A stretch of 64,000 nt of DNA from assembly GCF_018977255.1 (NCBI RefSeq), contig NW_024704743.1, forward strand, positions 68,512,001-68,576,000, in the 5' to 3' direction. The position numbers and the translations under genes were made by a program. The stretch comes from Callorhinchus milii. Taxonomy: Eukaryota. The notes under the pieces were generated by a model. That model did no database searches and was not told the DNA's origin. It saw only the letters and a program-made list of their open reading frames with translations. This document shows positions 11,522-19,180 of this stretch, piece after piece (positions within the stretch are counted from its first letter, which is position 1; every line of letters begins with the position of its first letter).

Positions 11522-13690
11522 GGGTTAGGGTACAGTGTGCTGTTAGGGTACTGCACATTGGTACAGTGTGATGTTAGGGTACTGTACATTGGTACAGTGT
11601 GCTGTTAGGGTGTTGTACATTGGTACAGTGTGCTGTTAGGGTGTTGTACATTGGTACAGTGTGATGTTAGGGTGTTGTACATTGGTACAGTGTGATGTTA
11701 GGGTACTGTACATTGGTACAGTGTGATGTTAGGGTACTGTACATTGGTATAGTGTGATGTTAGGGTACTGTACATTGGTACAGTGTGCTGTTAGGGTGTT
11801 GTACATTGGTACAGTGTGATGTTAGGGTACTGTACATTGGTATAGTGTGATGTTAGGGTACTGTACATTGGTATAGTGTGATGTTAGGGTACTGTACATT
11901 GGTACAGTGTGATGTTAGGGTACTGTACATTGGTACAGTGTGCTGTTAGGGTGTTGTACATTGGTACAGTGTGATGTTAGGGTACTGTACATTGGTACAG
12001 TGTGATGTTAGGGTACTGTACATTGGTATAGTGTGATGTTAGGGTATTGTACATTGGTACAGTGTGATGTTAGGGTGTTGTACATTGGTACAGTGTGATG
12101 TTAGGGTACTGTACATTGGTACAGTGTGATGTTAGGGTACTGTACATTGGTACAGTGTGATGTTAGGGTACTGTACATTGGTACAGTGTGATGTTAGGGT
12201 ACTGTACATTGGTACAGTGTGATGTTAGGGTACTGTACATTGGTACAGTGTGATGTTAGGGTGTTGTACATTGGTACAGTGTGATGTTAGGGTACTGTAC
12301 ATTGGTACAGTGTGCTGTTAGGGTACTGTACATTGGTACAGTGTGCTGTTAGGGTGTTGTACATTGGTACAGTGTGATGTTAGGGTACTGTACATTGGTA
12401 GTATAGTGTGATGTTAGGGTATGTACATTGGTACAGTGTGGTGTTAGGGTACTGTACATTGGTACAGTGTGCTGTTAGGGTGTTGTACATTGGTACAGTG
12501 TGATGTTAGGGTACTGTACATTGGTACAGTGTGCTGTTAGGGTGTGTATTGGTACAGTGTGATGTTAGGGTACTGTACATTGGTACAGTGTGATGTTAGG
12601 GTACTGTACATTGGTATAGTGTGATGTTAGGGTATTGTACATTGGTACAGTGTGATGTTAGGGTGTTGTACATTGGTACAGTGTGATGTTAGGGTACTGT
12701 ACATTGGTACAGTGTGATGTTAGGGTACTGTACATTGGTACAGTGTGATGTTAGGGTACTGTACATTGGTACAGTGTGATGTTAGGGTACTGTACATTGG
12801 TACAGTGTGATGTTAGGGTGTATGTACATTGGTACAGTGTGATGTTAGGGTACTGTACATTGGTATAGTGTGATGTTAGGGTGTTGTACATTGGTACAGT
12901 GTGATGTTAGGGTACTGTACATTGGTACAGTGTGCTGTTAGGGTGTTGTACATTGGTATAGTGTGCTGTTAGGTATGTACATTGGTACAGTGTGATGTTA
13001 GGGTACTGTACATTGGTACAGTGTGATGTTAGGGTACTGTACATTGGTACAGTGTGCTGTTAGGGTGTTGTACATTGGTACAGTGTGATGTTAGGGTACT
13101 GTACATTGGTATAGTGTGATGTTAGGGTACTGTACATTGGTATAGTGTGATGTTAGGGTGTTGTACATCGGTAGAGTGTGATGTTAGGGTACTGTACATT
13201 GGTACAGTGTGCTGTTAGGGTGTTGTACATTGGTACAGTGTGATGTTAGGGTACTGTACATTGGTACAGTGTGATGTTAGGGTGTTGTACATCGGTAGAG
13301 TGTGATGTTAGGGTACTGTACATTGGTACAGTGTGCTGTTAGGGTGTTGTACATTGGTACAGTGTGATGTTAGGGTACTGTACATTGGTATAGTGTGATG
13401 TTAGGGTGTTGTACATTGGTACAGTGTGCTGTTAGGGTACTGTACATTGGTACAGTGTGATGTTAGGGTGTTGTACATTGGTACAGTGTGATGTTAGGGT
13501 ACTGTACATTGGTACAGTGTGATGTTAGGGTGTTGTACATTGGTACAGTGTGCTGTTAGGGTACTGTACATTGGTACAGTGTGCTGTTAGGGTGTTGTAC
13601 ATTGGTACAGTGTGCTGTTAGGGTACTGTACATTGGTACAGTGTGCTGTTAGAGTGTTGTACAGTACAGTGTGCTGTTAGGGTACTGTAC
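11522..13690 (+). repeat. 31-bp minisatellite, about 70 units, consensus GTTAGGGTACTGTACATTGGTACAGTGTGAT
   Basis: 31-bp period read directly (unit starts at 11542, 11573). Recurrent variants AC/GT, C/T and A/C. Confidence 0.98.
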
Positions 13691-13729
13691 TCTGGATGTA
13701 TGTTTAATGGGAGTTTAGGACCCAGTGAG

Positions 13730-13933
13730 TGTCAATCTCACCTGTGCTTTCTCTCCTCCCAGTGAGTTGACGTCAGGCAGTGTGAGTGCAGACTGGCACT
13801 GACACTGAGAGAGGGAGAGAGAGAGAGGGAGAGGCTCCACACAGCACAGCACAGCACAGGCAGCAGCTCAGAGCAGAGCCCACACCCTCTCCAGCCCGAG
13901 CCGTGGGCTGTCGCGCAGTGAGACTCCCACACC
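13730..13933 (+). promoter_or_regulatory. Proximal promoter/5' UTR of the signal-peptide gene, with a palindromic CRE; alternatively the 5' part of an internal exon starting at 13763
   Basis: TGACGTCA at 13768-13775. GA-rich and (GCACA)n tracts precede the ATG. CTCAC...CTTTCTCTCCTCCCAG ending at 13762 is also a good branch point plus splice acceptor. Confidence 0.5.
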
Positions 13934-13997
13934 ATGGGATCCTGGCTCCTGCCGCTCGCTCTGCTCAGCCTGAGCGGGGGCTGTCTGGCCAAGGAAG
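13934..13997 (+). CDS. First coding exon of an unidentified secreted or type I membrane protein (signal peptide MGSWLLPLALLSLSGGCLAKE + 1 nt, phase-1 intron)
   Basis: Strong Kozak context ACCATGG, hydrophobic core followed by small residues (GGCLA), strong donor AAG|GTAAGA at 13997/13998, local GC/CpG enrichment. No downstream coding exon recognised in the window. Confidence 0.85.
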
Positions 13998-14114
13998 GTA
14001 AGAGCTGCAACTTTCCACAGCAAAGAGAAACTTTGTGTCCCTCCTCCTCTCTGCAAGTACCATTGCCGGCATTGCCTGTCTCCCTGCCTCAGCAGCCAGT
14101 GAGCGACTGGCAGA

Positions 14115-15257
14115 GGGCAGTGAGTGGCAGTGGGGTGGCAGTGAGTGGCAGTGGGGTGGCAGTAGTGGGGCAGTGGGGGGGCAGTGGGGTGGCTGGGGGG
14201 TGGCTGGGGGCAGTGAGTGGCAGTGGGGTGGCAGTGGGGTGGCTGGGGGGCAGTGAGTGGCGGTGGGGTGGCTGGGGGCAGTGGGTGGCATGGGGTGGCT
14301 GGGGGCAGTGAGTGGCAGTGGGGTGGCTGGGGGGCAGTGAGTGGCAGTGGGGTGGCTGGGGGGCAGTGGGGTGGCAATGGGGTGGCTGGGGGCAGTGAGT
14401 GGCGTGGGGTGGCTGGGGGGCAGTGGGGTGGCAATGGGGTGGCTGGGGGGCAGTGAGTGGCGGTGGGGTGGCTCGGGGGCAGTGGGGTGGCTGGGGGGCA
14501 GTGAGTGGCAGTGGGGTGGCTGGGGGCAGTGGGGTGGCAATGGGGTGGCTGGGGGGCAGTGAGTGGCAGTGGGTGGCTGGGGGCAGTGGGGTGGCTGGGG
14601 GGCAGTGAGTGGCAGTGGGGTGGCTGGGGGCAGTGAGTGGCAGTGGGTGGTTGGGGGCAGTGGGTGGCTGGGGGCAGTGAGTGGCATTGGGGTGGCTGGG
14701 GGGCAGTGAGTGGCAGTGGGTGGCTGGGGCAGTGGGTGGCAGTGGGGTGGCTGGGGGGGGGGCAGTGAGTGGCAGTGGGGGGGGCAGTGAGTGGCAGTGG
14801 GGTGGCAGGGGGGCAGTGAGTGGCAGTGGGGTGGCAGTGGGGTGGCTGGGGGGCAGTGAGTGGCAGTGGGGTGGCAGTGGGGGGGCAGTGAGTGGCAGTG
14901 GGGTGGCTGGAGGGGAGTGAGTGGCAGTGGGGTAGCTGGGGGGCAGTGGGTGGCAGTGGGGTGGCTGGGGGGCAGTGAGTGGCAGTGGGGTGGCTGGGGG
15001 GCAGTGAGTGGCAGTGGGGTGGCTGGGGGGCAGTGAGTGGCAGTGGGGTGGCTGGGGGGCAGTGAGTGGCAGTGGGGGGGGCAGTGAGTGGCAGTGGGGT
15101 GGCAGTGGGGGGGCAGTGAGTGGCAGTGGGGTGGCTGGGGGGCAGTGGGGTGGCAGTGGGGTGGCTGGGGGGCAGTGAGTGGCAGTGAGTGGCAGTGGGG
15201 TGGCAGTGGGGGGGCAGTGAGTGGCAGTGGGGTGGCTGGGGGGCAGTGAGTGGCAGT
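14115..15257 (+). repeat. G-rich complex tandem array of GGCAGTGAGT, GGCAGTGGGGT and GGCTGGGG(G) modules in the proximal intron
   Basis: Directly visible. Extreme G skew on the + strand. Source of the spurious Pro/His-rich and Gly/Trp-rich ORFs. Confidence 0.98.
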
Positions 15258-16399
15258 CCCTGGCTGCTGCCCTGTCTCTCTGAGTGCAGGAATGCACCGC
15301 CTCTCGCTGGGGTTAAATGTCCACGTTTATCAGCTAATAAACCTTTATCAGTGAGGGGGAAAAAAACAATATGACAAGCTTCCCAGGATTGCTTCCTTCC
15401 CACATTCATGTGCCAGGAATTTCTCGTATTCCCCATTTTTCTCTGCAGTTGTGACTGTGTGACTGTGAGAGAGAGAGAGTGTTTACATGTTCTCCATGTC
15501 TCCAGGCTGCTTTCCCAAAGGGACTTTAAACCTGTATAAACCCTCAGCACAGGAGTTGCTCTCTCTCTCTGTGTTGATGATGATTTAATTTCTGTATGAG
15601 AATTTGATATTTCTTTGTGTGATGATTGGGTGTTGCTCACTGCTTCCTAACATTTTTATTTTGTCTGCTTTTTCTTTTCTCATATATATATATACATATA
15701 GAGAGAGAGAGAAATAAGTTGCATTGTTTATCTGCTTACTTAAATTGACAACTCACATGAATTGCATACACTGTTCTTTTTTGAATTTGTGCTTGAGAAT
15801 CAGGAATTTAAGCTCCCAAGTGCCTGCTCCTTTGATTCTAGTTTATTGCAGGTAAGGTCTTGCTATGTGGTTATACAGTATTAGAACCTGAGTCTGCTCA
15901 GCTCTTTTGGGCTGTGCAAAAGGTAGGAAATTATTTGATCTTTAATCCATTTTCTAAAACTGTAAATAATTACAGTCATGTGGAACACTCTGACCTTGAT
16001 CTGTGTTGCACGTTGTTTCAGTGTTATTACAGAATGGAAGAGTTTAGAAATGTTTTCTTAGTCGTTAATTTCAACCCTGAAGTGCTTTTTGGAAATATAA
16101 TTATTGTTTTAACATTTTCACTAACAATTTTGTAATTCAGCACTGAGTTGTGCAGATTGAACTGCACACTGTCCAACGCCTTGGGACGTCCTCCCGACAT
16201 GAAAGGCGCTATACAAATGCAACGTTGTTGAACTCAAATGCATCAAGATCTGGTGGAAGTAATAGCCTAAAGTGAATCTTTTTACTGATGAGGCTCGTGG
16301 TTTAGTTAGCCAACAGTGAAGTTGTGTTTGCTTCTATAGTAGATTCTGTCTCATCAAATTGCACTGCTCACCAGGACCTGCCATCAAAAGTAAAAATAA

Positions 16400-17088
16400 T
16401 AATAACTTGGTCTCTCTATCCACGACTGTTTTGGGACACCGCTGTGCGCAATTGGCTATTGCGTTTCACCAAAAAAAATACAGTCCATTCGCTTTACAGT
16501 ATATTCTGTGAAGTGCTTTGAGACATTTCAACGATGTGATAAGGTGCCATATCAAATAAAAGGATTATTATTATCATCACTGGTAACATTTATAGTGCAC
16601 TGCTGTCTGATGTGTTCACTTCAGAAAACTTATTTTTGGTCAACCAAATCAAAGCTTTGGTCGTGCTTTATTGGTGTCATGCAAGTGGAAACATTCTACT
16701 AAAATTATGGAGTCCTGTAGCTTAGTGGTTAGAGCACGTGCCTCGCAAGCGAGAGGAACTGTGTTCGATTCCCGGGCAGGGTGAAAAGTTGAGCAAGTTT
16801 TCTTACTCCACATACCTGCAGTGCACTGCAATTGGCTTCCGCATTACTCCCACAAAATACAGTCAATCACTTTCCAATATATTCTGTGAAGCACTTTGAG
16901 ACGTCTCGAAGATGCGATAAGGCACTGTATCAAATGCAAGGATTATTATTATTGCTGTGTGCAAATTGGCTGCTGTATCCACCTACAAATACACAGTCAG
17001 TACACTATACAGTGAACCCTGCGAAGCTCTTTGAAACACATTTGGAGGTGTGACAAGGAACTGCATTCAATACAAATATTATTGTTAT
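16400..17088 (+). mobile_element. Stack of SINE pieces: 3' half (16400-16575), internally deleted copy with tRNA head (16708-16953), extra tail (16954-17088)
   Basis: Direct similarity to the other SINE copies. Confidence 0.88.
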
Positions 17089-17247
17089 TTCTGTACAACC
17101 TGCTACAAAAGATGATTCAAGCAATCAAACCTGCTTCTTCAAAATACATTACAAAACTTTCAATCACTGAAGGGGTGGGGGGAGATAAGGTAAGTGGGGT
17201 CCCATTGACTACAAGATGATGTGCTTGGCAATGGCTGTATCGAGTCG

Positions 17248-17705
17248 ATCCTCTGTGATGGTTTCGGGAGTCTAATTTCTGAGGCAGGTAGATCCGTAGT
17301 ACTGCATACCCTGCTGATGACAGACAGACTAGCCATCATTAGACATGGAGGGGCAGATTTGTCACTGAGAGCGGGGATTCTTCCGATCCAGCTTTGATTG
17401 ATCCTGCAATCGAAAGCCCAAATGGGTAGGATGACCAGACTGAATAAGCAGCAGGGAGCTTGTCAGACAATTCTTTCAATTGCAAGCTATGCAGTTTTAG
17501 CTGGTTAGACTCGAGCAGAATCCCAAAACACACTCTGAGATCCCCAAACCTTGTCTTTTGCCAACCTGCACCTAATACCTTCCGGATGAGGTAGGTTGGA
17601 TGCGTTCCTCTGGGGAGAGAGAGAGAGCAAATACCATACATATGTGAAACTCTCTGTCTGCTTTGAATAGTCTTAAACATGGTGATGGGTTTCTGCCTGT
17701 GGCTG
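17248..17705. repeat. Unclassified dispersed repeat, copy 2
   Basis: Collinear with 9040-9505, same orientation. Confidence 0.75.
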
Positions 17706-18139
17706 ATCAAAAAGATGGACTTAATCTGCTTTTGCTTTGGAGGAAAGGTCTGAATAGATACTCCCTAAACTTTAAGGATAAAATCTCTAGGTTTTTCACA
17801 CATCTAGATTTTTCCTTCACCTCCCACTCCACTATTCTCTTATCCAAACATTGCAGAAACAATGGTGAAGCACTTTTAAGCTTTTATTTTATTTCAACAT
17901 TATTTGTATACCAATCTATAGATCTATTATTACTTGTCAACAATATGTAAAGTTGTCTTCGTGGTATGTTTGGTAACTGGTATAATACAGTTTTTTGAAG
18001 AGTTGTAAAATATTTATATGGGGTATTGCTTTGAAGGTTGCTTGAAACATTAAATCTTATCCAAAATGATCGCAATCCATTCCTTTGGGACAATCTTATA
18101 TATATGTTGTCTATCAAGTTAACAGACTTTGTCTGCACT

Positions 18140-18930
18140 TTGTTCGACCCTGAGCTGTCCTTTCTCCCTCACATCTGCACCACAACTGGCACCGCCTTCC
18201 ATCACCTCCGGAACATCGCCAGACTACGCCATTACCTCACCCCTCACGCTGCTGAAACCCTGGTCCACGCCTTTGTCACCTCAAGGCTGGACTATGGGAA
18301 CTCTCTCCTCGCCGGCCTTCCCGGCACCTCCCTCCACACTGCAGGTCATTCAGAACTCTGCAGCTCGTGTACTGTCCCGCACCAGACATCGGGACCACAT
18401 CACTCCCACCCTCGCTCGCCTCCACTGGCTCCCCATCCCCAGAGGATCGAATTCAAGATCCTCATCCTCACCTACAAGGTCATTCACGGCCTCGCTCCCT
18501 CCTACCTCTCCAACCTACTATCCCCCTACCTACCTGCCCGTACCCTCCGTTCCTCCGGCTCCGGTCTGCTCCACATCCCCCGCCCCAACCGCCCTACCAT
18601 CGGTGACCGGGCCTTCAGCCTCTCAGCCCCGAGGCTCTGGAACTCCATCCCCCAGTGCCTTCGCCGCCTCCTCCCTTTCCCCCTTCAAGGCCGGTCTCAA
18701 GACCTTTCTCTTTGACCGAGCCTTCAGCTCCCCTCTCAACTCTCTACCCCTCCTCGCTCCCTCCCTTCCCTCCCCTCACCCTGACCATTTCCCCCTCCTC
18801 GCTCCCTCCCCTCCCCTCACCCTGACCATTTCCCCCCTGCTCGGGTCATGACCCAACTGTGCAGCGCCTTGGGACGTCCTCCTGACGTGAAAGGCGCTTT
18901 ATAAATGGAATCTTGTTGTTGTTGTTGTTG
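18140..18930 (+). mobile_element. Young 5'-truncated L2 LINE (ORF2 C-terminus, 3' UTR, (TTG)n tail)
   Basis: LFDPELSFLPHI...HLRNIARLRHYL...LVHAFVTSRLDYGNSLL...HWLP...RIEFKILILTYK. Frameshift near 18338. Confidence 0.95.
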
Positions 18931-18949
18931 CACAAGATAGAAAAAAAAT

Positions 18950-19180
18950 TGGTTTGCTGGAAATTCGAAATAAAAAAATCTGGAAATGCACAACAAGATT
19001 TTCAGCATCTGAAAGAGACAAAAAAGTGAGTAACATTTCTGACAGACTTCAAAGAATGTTGCTCAAAATGTTCACCTGTTTTATTGTTGTTTAGATGCCA
19101 ATTTAACACATTAACCCAGTTTTCCTCTTTCAGATTCCAGTTGACCTGCTGTGCATTTCAAACCGTTTTGTTATTTCTGC
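18950..19180. mobile_element. Degenerate palindromic Penelope-terminal-repeat-like element
   Basis: Left arm GAAATGCACAACAAG..CATCTGAAAGAG is the inverted counterpart of right arm CTCTTTCAGAT..CTGCTGTGCATTTC. The right arm resembles 27481-27612. Confidence 0.6.

Noticed and set aside
11522..13690. CRISPR array (31-bp palindromic repeats)
   Set aside because: Units are head-to-tail with no unique spacers, there are no cas genes, and the context is vertebrate.
13934..13997. Gene names for the leader exon (FLT1-, TGFBR3-, contactin- or receptor-PTP-like)
   Set aside because: Signal peptides are too variable, and no second exon was found to discriminate between candidates.
13998..14311. Continuation of ORF 13934-14311 past the signal peptide
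   Set aside because: It reads through a strong splice donor into the repeat array, so it is treated as intron.
13868..15640. 590-aa and 402-aa Pro/His/Thr-rich minus-strand ORFs and Gly/Trp-rich plus-strand ORFs
   Set aside because: Translations of the G-rich tandem array, which is open in several frames at once and contains phase-breaking indels. Not credible proteins.
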